A stretch of 64,000 bases of DNA from assembly GCF_009914755.1 (NCBI RefSeq), contig NC_060947.1; one strand, given 5' to 3'. Position 1 is the first letter of the stretch. Every line of letters starts with the position of its first letter. This document shows positions 1 through 28,490 of this stretch, one piece after another. The position numbers and the translations under genes were made by a program. Under the pieces are notes generated by a model. The model saw nothing but the letters and a program-made list of their open reading frames with translations, made no database searches and was not told the DNA's origin. Source of the stretch: the human T2T-CHM13v2.0 reference genome, Homo sapiens.

Positions 1-177
1 ACACACATATACACATATGTATATATGTACGTGTATATATACACATATATACATATGTGTATATATACACGTACATATATATGTATATGTATACGTGTAT
101 ATGTGTGTAATATTTACGTGTATATATATACATATATGTGTATATATATACTATATATGTGTATATATATATATATA
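1..177. repeat. (TA)n/(TATG)n low-complexity microsatellite
   Basis: Alternating TA/CA/TG dinucleotides read directly. Confidence 0.9.
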
Positions 178-2113
<1,936 letters not shown>

Positions 2114-2198
2114 TGACCTCAAGTGATCTGCCTACCTTGGCCTACCAATGCGCTGGGATTACAGGCGTGAACCACTGCACCTGGCCATGTTCTGTATC

Positions 2199-3060
2199 TT
2201 TTTTTTGTTTTTTCCTGAAATATAAGCCTTATTTTAAATTTAAAGAAATATTAAAAATAAACTTTTTTTACAAATTATAATCAAGCACTCAAAACAATTT
2301 AGGAATTTTAATCACTAATTCTTAATTCAAAATAATGACAACCATAGAATACATTCTGGTGTTTGCCAATATGAAGTTTACTTAATATTAGTATTTTACA
2401 TATGACTAACCATTCGCCCTTCCTAAAATTTAATGATAGCAGTGATTTGACTTTACAAGATGAAGCCTTTTATGCAATACCCCAGAGATAACTTTTTCAA
2501 ATACAAAAAATTTTTACCAGCAAGGAAATTATAAAAACATATATAAAGTATACTGAAGGACGTGATTTAAAGGCTGTTCTGTATACATAGATATGTTTTA
2601 CCTTAGAAAGTACAGATGCACATCAAAACACTTTCACTGAATATAGATGCCACTACATTCTCTTACTTACGTTACGAAGCAAAAGGCAGGTTCATAAACG
2701 TTGTTCTATTGTGTATCAACTGAAAATAATGGATATTCCACACAAAGGCTTTGAAGACACATGGGAGTAGAATGTGCCTACATTTAGAGCAGAGCTTTTA
2801 CAGGACCACCTGTCTCCAGCCGGCTCCCAGGGACCACTGAAAACAGCTGCTACCCTCAGAAAGACAAGATGGTCTTGTTAATGATTTCACTGGACTCTCG
2901 AATCTCATCCTCCTTGATCACCAGTGGAGGCGCAAACCTGACGATGTCACCATGGGTTGGCTTGGCCAGAAGTCCATTATCTCGAGTCTTAGAATCACCT
3001 TCCAAGCATCACGATCTTTGGTTTCTTTAATAACAATAGCGTTTAATACTTCTTTTCCTC
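2199..3060 (-). pseudogene. OAT: OAT (ornithine aminotransferase) processed pseudogene, 3' fragment
   Basis: The minus strand encodes an OAT C-terminus-like sequence ([40 protein letters not shown], stop 2856-2858), then 3' UTR and a poly-A remnant at about 2199-2213. The symbol is the parent gene. Confidence 0.9.
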
Positions 3061-3119
3061 ACTGGGCATGGTGGCTCACACCTGTAATCCCAGCATTTTG
3101 GAAGGCCTAGGCAGGTGAT

Positions 3120-6560
<3,441 letters not shown>

Positions 6561-7055
6561 ATGAGTCAATTCAGTGGGTTGCGGTGGAGCACGCCTGTAA
6601 TCACAGCACTTTGGGAGGCCAAGGCGGACAGATGGCTTGAGGTCAGGAGTTTGAGACCAGCCTGGTCAACATGGCAAAACCCTGTCTCCGGTAAAAATAC
6701 AAAATTAGTCGGGTGTGGTGGCACGTGGCTGTAGTCCCAGCTGCTCGGGAGGCTGAGGCGGGAGAATCGCTTCAACCCAGGAAGCTGAGGTTTCAGTGAG
6801 CCGAGATCACGCATGGCACTCCAGCCTGGGTGACACAGAGAGACTTCATCTCAAAAACAAAAAAAAAAACAAAAAAAAAAACAAAAAAACAAACAAAAAA
6901 CAAAACAAAACAAACAAAAAAAACAACTAAGAGTGACTCACTTCACATAATCAACTTTCACAATGTTTAAAGCAGAGTCCTGTTTAGCAATGCACAAAAA
7001 TTCTCCTTTGTGACCCATTCATTTTACTGCTGTTGGCTTTCTTGCTTTTGCTTTC

Positions 7056-8238
<1,183 letters not shown>

Positions 8239-8749
8239 TTATTACACCATTGTATCCTTGCCTCCAGTGTGGTATTTGAGAGATCCGGTGTCAGTTTATT
8301 TTTCCTCCGTAAGTAACCTGCTATTTCTCTCTGATCGTTTTTAAAATATTTTTTCTTTGTCTTTCACAATTTTACATTTCACTTTTCCTGTGTGTATGTG
8401 TGTACTATAATACCTTTAAACCTTAAGTCATTTTTTTAAATCTGAGGAATTCTCATTGATTGCTTATTTAAGTACACTCTCCTTTTTAATAACTGTATTC
8501 TCTTCTTATAAGGCTACTATTAGATGTGTTTTGACATTTATTCTTCTATCCTCTCTATTAATTAACTTTTCTTTCATTTACTTCTTCTCTATCCATTACT
8601 GATTACTTTTATGAATTCTTTAGACGCATTTCCTCAGCTCAGTAATTGCTTTTTCAACTATATCGGTTTTAACATCCAATCTATTCCGCTGAATTATTTA
8701 TTTGAGCAGTTAATGTTTTCATATCCAATCTATCCAATAGGTTTTCTAT

Positions 8750-8792
<43 letters not shown>

Positions 8793-8927
8793 TCTGAGAC
8801 AGAGTCTTCCTCTGTCGCCCAGGTTGGAGCACAGTGGCACGATCTTGGCTCACTGAACCTCTGCCTCCCGAGTCCAAGCAATTCTCCTGCCTCAGCCTCT
8901 TGAGTAGCTGGAACCACAGGCATGTGA

Positions 8928-9199
<272 letters not shown>

Positions 9200-9567
9200 T
9201 GAATAGCTCAGGTTACAGGCGTGCACCACCGCATTCTATCATTCATTAGCATCTGTATCCCTTCCTTGAACACCAAAAAAACTTATCTTTTCTTTCCTGT
9301 CCCTGCTCCCGTCTTCCAAGTTTATAATACTGGGAATTTTAGTTCAAGACTGTAATTTTAAAATTTTTCAATCTAAAGCTTACACTTTTCAATAAATTTT
9401 ACTATTTTTCTGCTCGCCATTGCTTACTGAAATCACCTCCTTCCTCCTAAATTTAGTTTTCCCTTCTCACAGGACTGGATACCAATAATTATTTCTGAAG
9501 GGTATATGCGTCATGAATTTTCTGAAATATTTTTCCCCTCATTCTGGATTATTCTGGCTGTATATAG

Positions 9568-9872
<305 letters not shown>

Positions 9873-10152
9873 TGAGCCACTGCGCCTGGCCCAAAGTTAT
9901 TTTAAATCAGCTCCTTGAAAAACCTCTCCATTGCATTCTCTCTTCTCTTTTTCTCTCTGGGACCTTTCAGGATTTTATCTTTATCCTAGAAATTTTACCC
10001 CGAGGGGGTGTGTGTGTGTGTGCGCTCCTGCGTGCGCAGGTGTGTGTGCACATGTGTGTTAATCAGGCTCAGAACTAGGTGGCTCTTTTCAGGTTGAAGA
10101 TTCATGTCTTTGTTCAACTGGGAAAATTCTAGAACATTATTTCTTCAAGTAG

Positions 10153-10611
<459 letters not shown>

Positions 10612-11528
10612 TAGTGCCATGCCTGAACACATTTTTTCATTTGGTTGTTCCAGTTTCTCTTATTGATATGGAAAAGCTTTGTTACATATTAGAGATGGTT
10701 ACTGTTAATTTATTGGGGATGCTTCATTTTCCCCAAAATTTGCCTTTTTTTTTTTTTTTTTTTTTGAGACGGAGTCTCACTCTATTGCCCAGGATGGAGT
10801 GCAGTGGTGCAATCTCGGCTCACTGCAAGCTCCGCCTCCCAGGTTCACGCCATTCTCCTGCCGGGTTCATACCATTCTCCTGCCTCAGCCTCCCGAGCAG
10901 CTGGGACTACAGGCGCCCACCACCACACCCGGCTAATTTTTTGTATTTTTAGTAGAGACGGGGTTTCACCGTGGTAGCCAGGATGGTCTCGATCTGCTGA
11001 CCTCGTGATCTGCCCGCCTTGGCCTCCCAAAGTACTGAGATTACAGGCATGAGCCACTGTGCCTGGCCTAATATTTGCCTTTTTAAACAGTTTTTTTATG
11101 GTGTCTTTTGACTTAGATGATACTTTACTTTTTACATCTTTAAATATGTCAGATTCATTGTTTATAGCCTTGGTGTAATGTCAGGAAGTGCCTATGCCAA
11201 CTCAAGATGTCTTACGCTGTAATATTTTCCTAAAATTTCATCTAGTTCTTTATGACTTCACGTTTTCACATTTAAGTCTCTGAATTTTTAGAATTTATTA
11301 TTTTATGTGGTTGAAAGTAAGGATTTAATGTTTATTTTTCCAAATGGATAGACAACAATCCTTTATTATACAATCCTTTATTATACACCCCATCTTTTGC
11401 CCACTGTTTGGAAATGCATGCTGAAGTTTGTATATAAATTAGTCTGTTTCTTGACTTTTTATTTTGTTTCACTAATTAATCTATTTCTATGTGTATTCAT
11501 TTTTGATTGCTGCTGTAACAAATTGTCA

Positions 11529-11830
<302 letters not shown>

Positions 11831-12190
11831 TATTTATATAGCTAAGACAATTTTTGAAAAAGAAGAAGAATAAGGTGGGAGGAATTGCTCTACCATATTT
11901 CAATACTTCTTATATAGCTACAGGAATCAAGACTATATACCATTGGGAGAAAAATAGACACATAGATCGCTGTAACAAAATAGAAAACCTAGAAATAGCC
12001 CACACTGATTTTTTACCAAGAGACAAAAATAGGGAAAGATCATCTGCTTAACAAATGGTGCTGGGGCAGTTGCAGAGCCATAGGCCAAAAAAAAAAAAAT
12101 AATAATAATAAGGCCTAGTCTTCATACCTTTATACAAAAAAGTAAGTCAAGTGGATCATAGATTTAAATCTAAAATATAAAACTAAAAAA

Positions 12191-12552
<362 letters not shown>

Positions 12553-14653
12553 CTAGGGCATAGTGAATGGTTCAAAAAGCATAATACATAAGAAAAAAAT
12601 AAATTAGATTTTATCCAATTTAAAACTTTTGCTCTGCAAGAAATCTTGTTAAAAGGATGAAAAAATAGGGTACGATCTGAAAGAAAATGTTTGCAAACCA
12701 CATATCCAAGAAAGGACTCACATCCAGAATATACAATGGATACGTATAGTACTCTCAAAACTCAACAGTAGGCTGAGCGTGGTGGCTCAGGCTTGTAATC
12801 CCAGCACTTTGAAAGGTCGAGGTGGACGGAGGGCAGATCCCTTGAGGCCAGGAGTTCAAGACCAGCCTGGGCAACATGGCAAAAAACCCATCTCTACTAA
12901 AAATACAAAAATTAGACAAGCATGATGATGCATGCCTGTAATCCCAGCTACTCTGGAGGCTGAGGCACGAGAATCACTTGAACCTCGGAGGTGGAGGTCG
13001 GAGCGAGCCAAGATCGTGCCACTGCACTCCAGCCTGGGTAACAGAGCAAGACTCTGTCTCAAGAAAAAAAAAATAATAAAAACCTCAATGGTAAAAAATA
13101 CAAACAAATAATCCAATTAGAAAATCATGAAAAGATATGAACATACATTTCACTGAAGAGGAAATAAGCAAATAAGCACATGAAAAGATGTTCAACACTC
13201 ATTTGCTTCACTAGATGCAGAATAACACCACGATGAGGTATCACTACACACTTATTACAATAGCTAAAATAAAAGACATAGTGACAACACCAAATGGTGA
13301 CAAGGATGCAGAGAAACTGGACACCTCATTAAGTGCTGCTGGGAAGGTAAAATCTTACAGCCACTCTGGAAAGCAGTTTGGTAGTTTCTTATAAAACTAA
13401 ACAATGCAGTGACCATACAATTCAACAATTACACTTCAGAGAAATTAAAATGTATGCCCATCCAGAAACTTGTACATAATTGTTCATAGCAGCTTTACTT
13501 GTAATAGCCAATAGCTGGAAATAATCAATATGTCCTAAAATAAGTGAATGGTCAAACTGTGGTATATCCATCCCCTGGAATGCTACTCAGCAATAAAAAT
13601 GAACTATCGTCAGGGCACAGTGGCTCACCCTGTTATCACAGCACTTTGGGAGGTCGAGGCGGGTGGATGATGATGTCAGGAGTTCAAGACCAGCCTTGCC
13701 AGTATGTTGAAACCCCATCTTTACTACTGATACAAAAATTACCCGGGTGTGGTGGCGCGCACCTGTAGTCAGAGCTACTCGGGAGGCTGAGGCTGGAAAA
13801 TTGCTTGAACCCGGGAGGCAGACAGTTGCAGTGAGCCGAGACACTGCACTCTAGCCTGGGTGACAGAGTGAGACTCTGTCTCAACAACAACAACAACAAC
13901 AATGAACTATTGATACACAAATATCAATATCTTGGAGGAATCTCCATGGAATTACGCTGAGTGAAATAAGCCCGTAAAACGTTATATACTGTAAGATTTC
14001 ACTTGTACAGCATTGTAGAAAAGACAAAATTGTGGAAACGAAAAACAGATTTGTGGTTGCCAGGGATTAGGGATGGCGGATGGGAGGAGAGTATTACTAA
14101 AAATGAGTAGCACAAGGGATAGCATTGCGGTGATGAAAATGTACTGTACATTTTTTTTTTCAAGAGGGATTCTCACTCTGTCTCCTAGGCTGTAGTGCAG
14201 TGGCACACTCTCGAGCTCACTGCAGCCTCTGCCTCCCGGGTTCGAGCTATTCTGTCTCAGCCTCCCATGTAGCTGGGACTACAGGCGGGTGCCACCATGC
14301 CTGGCTAATTTTTGTACTTTTAGTAGAGACGGGGCTTCTCCATGTTGGCCAGGCTGGTCTCAAACTCCTGACCTCAAGTGATCTGCCCACCTCGGCCTCC
14401 CAAAGTGCTGGGATTACAAGCGTGAACCACTGCACCCGGCCATGTTCTGTCTCTTTTTTTTTTTTTCTGAAATATAAGCTTTGTTTAAAATGTAAAGAAA
14501 TATTAAAAATAAACTTTTTTTTACAAATTATAATCAAGCACTCAAAACAATTTAGGGATGTTAAACACTAATTCTTAATTCAAAATAATGACATCCATAG
14601 AATATATCCTGGTGTTGGTCAACATAAAGTTTACTTAATATTAGTAATTTATA

Positions 14654-14975
<322 letters not shown>

Positions 14976-15627
14976 CTAGTATTTTTTATATGCTTAACCA
15001 TTGATCCTTCCTAAAATTCAATGAAAACAATGATTTGACTTTATAAGGTGCAGCCTTTTATGTAATACGCTAGAGATACTTTTTCAAATACAAAACCTTT
15101 ATACCAGCAAGGAAATTATAAAAGCATATATAAAGTATACTGAAGGATGTGATTTAAAGGCTGTCTGTATATACAGATGCATTTCACCTTATAAAGTACA
15201 CGTGCACATCAAAACGCTTTCACTGAATATAGATGCCATTACATTCTCTTAACACTACAAAGCAAATGTCAGGTTCATGAACATTGTTCCATTGTGTATC
15301 AACTGAAAAAAACATATATACACAAAAAGATTTTGACGGCACATGGGAGTGGAATGTGCCTACATTTAGAGCAGAGCTTTTACAGGACCACCTGTCTCCA
15401 GCCGGCTCCCAGGGACCACTGAAAACAGCTGCTACCCTCAGAACGACAAGATGGTCTTGTTAATGATTTCACTGGACTCTCGAATCTCATCCTCCTTGAT
15501 CACCAGCAGAGGTGAAACCTGATGATGTCACCATGGGTGGGCTTGGCCAGAAGTCCATAATCTCAAAGTCATAGACACACCTCCCAAGCATTACAGTCTA
15601 TGGTTTCTTTAATAACAATAGCATTTA

Positions 15628-15945
<318 letters not shown>

Positions 15946-16083
15946 TTCTGTTCCTCTTATGGCAGTTACAACATCAAAAGGTAGCTTCATGGGTTCACTT
16001 CTCACGATAATACCCATTTTTTTTTCTGCATTTTCAGCAAGATTTTCTTGTTCTAAAACCTCAAGGGCTGCGATGGTCACTCA

Positions 16084-16179
<96 letters not shown>

Positions 16180-16182
16180 TCA

Positions 16183-16371
<189 letters not shown>

Positions 16372-16504
16372 TCAGCTGGTCTCTCTCTCGCTCTTTCTTT
16401 CTTTCTTTCTTTCTTTTTCAGTCTTGCTCTGTCGCCCAAGCTGGAGTGCAGTGGTGTGATCTCAGCTCAATGCAACCTCCACTTCCCGGGTTCAAATCAT
16501 TGAG

Positions 16505-17535
16505 TGAGCCCAGGAGGTCAAGACCAACCTGGGAAACATAGCAAAAGGCAGGGTGGTGCATGCCTGTAGTCCCAAGGCCGAGGCGGGAGAATCACTTGAG
16601 TCCCAGAGGTAGAGCCCAGCCTGGACAACATAGCGAAACTGTCTCTAATAGAAAAATTAAAAATATTAGTGGGGGCGGGGTGGTGTGAGCCCATAGTCCC
16701 GAGGCCGAGGCGGGAGGATTGCTTGAGCCTAGGAGGTCGAGGCCAGCCTGGCCAACATAGCGAAACCCCATTTCTGCTAACAACAAGAACAACAGAAAAA
16801 TAGCGTGGGCGGGGTGGCTCACTCCTGTAGTTTTGAGGCCAAGGTGGGAGCATTGCTTGAGCCCAGGAGTTTGATACCAGCCTGGCCAACAAAGCGAAAG
16901 CCTGCCTCTCCTAAAAAATAAATAAATAAATAAATAAATAAAAATGAGCGGGGTAGAATGGCACACGCCTATAGTTCTGAGGCCGAGGTGGAAGCATCAT
17001 CTGAGCCTGAGAGGTTGAGGCCAGCCTGGGCAACATATCGAAACCCGGTTTCCACTAAAACGAAACAAAACAAAACAAAAAATAGCTTGGGCAGGGTGGT
17101 GCATGGCTGTAGTCCTGAGATGGGAGGATCCCTTGAGTCCAGGAGCTTGATGCCGGCCTGGCCAACATAGGGAAACACGGTTTCTACTAAAAAAAAAAAA
17201 AAAAAAAAAAGCGTGGGCAGGGTGGTGCATGCCTGTCGTCTCGAGGCCATGGCGGAAGGATCCCTTGAGCCCAGGACGATGAGACCAGCCTGGCCAACAT
17301 AGCAAAACCTGGTTTCTACTTAAAAAAAAAAAAAAAAAAAGCGTGGGCTGGGTGGTGAATGCCTGTAGTCCCGAGGCCGAGGTGGGAGGATCGCTTGAGC
17401 CCACGACGTCAAGACCAGCCTGGCCAACACAGCGAAACCTTCTCTATTAAAAAATCAAAAAATAAAAAATATTAGTGGGGGTAGGGTGGTTCGCGCCTGT
17501 AGTCCCAAGACGGAGGCTGGAGGATTGGCCAAGGC
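16505..17535 (+). repeat. Tandem array of about 8 internally deleted Alu left-monomer units (about 125-140 bp each)
   Basis: Units start near 16547, 16672, 16807, 16948, 17089, 17215, 17345 and 17477. Each reads approximately gggtggtgcatgcctgtagtccc-gaggccgagg..cagcctggccaacatagcgaaacc plus an A-tract. Confidence 0.85.
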
Positions 17536-17986
17536 AGATGTAACCAATACCACAATCACATCCCATAAGTAAATACATTTTCCTCTCTTCAGGGCTACAG
17601 GTAAAGGATGGTAATTGTGCGCACCATACTTAGATTCCCTTTCAAAAATGTAAGCAGAGGTTGCGGGGCCTTGGACTGTTTTTTCAGTGGCAACAGACAT
17701 AGAAGCCACTGAAGAATGAAAGCCACGACTAAGTATAGCAAACCTCCGCAAATGTGCTAGTTTGGAAAACATCGTGTCTTTCAAGTAGAAAAATCACAGA
17801 TTGACTATTTTTTTCTTCCCACAGTTCAGACTAGAATCCAGATTTTTAACCCAAGATCCAGGAACGGTCTTCAGAGAGTTCAAAATCTGACGGCGCCTGA
17901 GGACCACCCACTTTTTCGCAGTGGCAACAAAGTGTGGCTGGAGGAGGAGACATTATTCTGCTATGTCACTGCCCAAGGATGATGGA

Positions 17987-18175
17987 CCAATCAGGGCAGT
18001 TAGTGAACTCCATCTGGCCAATTAGAAGTCAGAACAGTAGGCGGAACAAGCGAAGCGGATGTGGCTTCTATCAGTCCCGGCTCCAGGGACGGAACCTTCT
18101 CAAAGTGGGGGTGGAGACTCTAATTTTCCCGCCTAAAGCATCCCCTGGGATTGGCTACTTTAAGTTCAGAGTACG
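17987..18175 (+). promoter_or_regulatory. SSX proximal promoter (TATA-less, CCAAT boxes, E2F-type motif)
   Basis: CCAAT at 17987-17991 and 18018-18022, ATTGG at 18150-18154, TTTCCCGC at 18125-18132, CpG-containing, directly upstream of exon 1. Confidence 0.65.
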
Positions 18176-18262
18176 CATGCTCTGACTTTCTCTCTCTTTC
18201 GATTCTTCCATACTCAGAGTACGCACGGTCTGATTTTCTCTTTGGATTCTTCCAAAATCAGA
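18175..18262 (+). other. SSX2B: SSX2B non-coding exon 1 (start approximate)
   Basis: Matches the recalled SSX2 5' UTR (..ggattcttccaaaatcaga|gtcagactgctccc). Donor GTAAGC at 18263. Confidence 0.8.
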
Positions 18263-19624
18263 GTAAGCATACGCCGATTTTCTTTTTCCATTCTTCCTAC
18301 CCCTCCCCTCCTCCGCGGTGCATTTGCTATCTAGTTTTAATAAGGAGTGTATATGAGGCAGGCCGCCATCTCGAATCTTTCCTGTCAGTTTCTAACTTTT
18401 TCAGGTACGGGATTTTTCCTAGGAACTCTGTAGTAACTTAAGAAATTTGGGCCGGGCGTGGTGGCTTACACTTGTAATCCCTGCACTTTTGGAAGCCACA
18501 GCTGGTGGATCGCCTGAACCTAAGAGGCGGAGGTTGCAGTGAGCCATGATCACGCCAGTGCACTCCCGACTGGGCAACAGAGCGAGACCCTGTCTGAAAA
18601 AACAAAAACCAAAAAAGCTCACTCAAATCTTTCCTCCTGGGCTCAAGTGAGCCTCTCGCCTAGGCCTTGGGGCTACAGGCGCGCACCACCCCGCTTCTGC
18701 TAAATTTTGTTTGTTTTTTTTAGTAGAGATGGTTTTGCTACGTTTGCGAGCCTGGTCTCAAGCTCCTGGGCTAAGGCGATCCGCCCACCTTGGCCTTCCA
18801 AAGTGCTGGGATGGTACAGGCCTGCTCCACCAACCCCAGCTAACTTTTTGTGTATTTTGTAGACGGGGGTTTTGCTGTGTTTCCCAGCCGGGTCTCGACC
18901 TCCTGGGCTCAAGCGACCTGCACGCCTCGGCCTCCCAAAGTGCTGGGATTACAGGCGTGAGCCACGGCGCCTGGCTGATTGCTGCATCTTGAAATGCCCC
19001 ACATTCTCTCTAAGTGATGGCGGGCTCTTGTAGTCTCAGAAATTCTAGCTCTCTTCCTTCTAATAATTTACAAATCACCGAGTAATAGCCTCTGAACACG
19101 TTCATATTAGCGATGCTCATTTCTCTTCAACAGAACAGAACCCCCCATCCCTCTGCCTGATCAGATCCATCGCCAAAGAGACCATGTTATCTCTGGGACT
19201 AACTTCCCTTCCTTTATTTATTGAGTGGGGGTGTCAGCATGCCCCCACTGAATAAAATTACACAGTCATGTCCCTGCCTCCCCAAAAAGGGTCCGTACAT
19301 CTTTCAGGGTAAGCCTAGCTCCAGGGAAACTACTAACAACATTAGCCAACCCCCTCCCAAAGACTCAAGGCTGCTTTGCCCACAGGAAGCCTGTCATCCC
19401 AAATCAATACTTCTCCCAGAGACCCCTGGTTCCCTGTTTTCATCTGATTTCTCCCCATATCCTTACTCAGGGACAGATAAGCCCCGGATGGAGAAATGCA
19501 GCAGCTGATTCCAGGTGACTGAGGGTGGCCGGCCTTCACTGACTTCTCCCTCCACAGGATCAAAGCTGCTGTGGCTGGAAAGACTCAGGCTATTTCTCTT
19601 GCAGGTCAGACTGCTCCCGGTGCC

Positions 19625-27396
<7,772 letters not shown>

Positions 27397-27865
27397 CTCC
27401 GTAAGAGAACCTTCCACTCATCCCCCACATCCCTGCAGACGTGCTATTCTGTTATGATACTGGTATCCCATCTGTCACTTGCTCCCCAAATCATTCCCTT
27501 CTTACAATTTTCTACTGTACAGCATTGAGGCTGAACGATGAGAGATTTCCCATGCTCTTTCTACTCCCTGCCCTGTATATATCCGGGGATCCTCCCTACC
27601 CAGGATGCTGTGGGGTCCCAAACCCCAAGTAAGCCCTGATATGCGGGCCACACCTTTCTCTAGCCTAGGAATTGATAACCCAGGCGAGGAAGTCACTGTG
27701 GCATGAACAGATGGTTCACTTCGAGGAACCGTGGAAGGCGTGTGCAGGTCCTGAGATAGGGCAGAATCGGAGTGTGCAGGGTCTGCAGGTCAGGAGGAGT
27801 TGAGATTGCGTTGCCACGTGGTGGGAACTCACTGCCACTTATTTCCTTCTCTCTTCTTGCCTCAG

Positions 27866-28292
27866 CCTCAGGGATACGACACATGCCCATGATGAGAAGC
27901 AGAACGTGGTGACCTTTCACGAACATGGGCATGGCTGCGGACCCCTCGTCATCAGGTGCATAGCAAGTGAAAGCAAGTGTTCACAACAGTGAAAAGTTGA
28001 GCGTCATTTTTCTTAGTGTGCCAAGAGTTCGATGTTAGCGTTTACGTTGTATTTTCTTACACTGTGTCATTCTGTTAGATACTAACATTTTCATTGATGA
28101 GCAAGACATACTTAATGCATATTTTGGTTTGTGTATCCATGCACCTACCTTAGAAAACAAGTATTGTCGGTTACCTCTGCATGGAACAGCATTACCCTCC
28201 TCTCTCCCCAGATGTGACTACTGAGGGCAGTTCTGAGTGTTTAATTTCAGATTTTTTCCTCTGCATTTACACACACACGCACACAAACCACA

Positions 28293-28337
<45 letters not shown>

Positions 28338-28490
28338 AAGTACCAGTATAAGCATCTGCCATCTGCTTTTCCCATTGCCATGCGTCCTGGTCAAGCTCCC
28401 CTCACTCTGTTTCCTGGTCAGCATGTACTCCCCTCATCCGATTCCCCTGTAGCAGTCACTGACAGTTAATAAACCTTTGCAAACGTTCCC
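27866..28490 (+). other. SSX2B: SSX2B last exon (3' UTR) with (CA)n at about 28268-28336 and AATAAA at 28468-28473
   Basis: Polypyrimidine tract plus ctcag|cctcagggatacgac; poly-A signal read directly. Confidence 0.85.

Noticed and set aside
16505-18300. Regularly spaced repeats that could be mistaken for a CRISPR-like array
   Set aside because: Eukaryotic DNA; the units are Alu-derived or degenerate tandem copies without unique spacers or cas genes.
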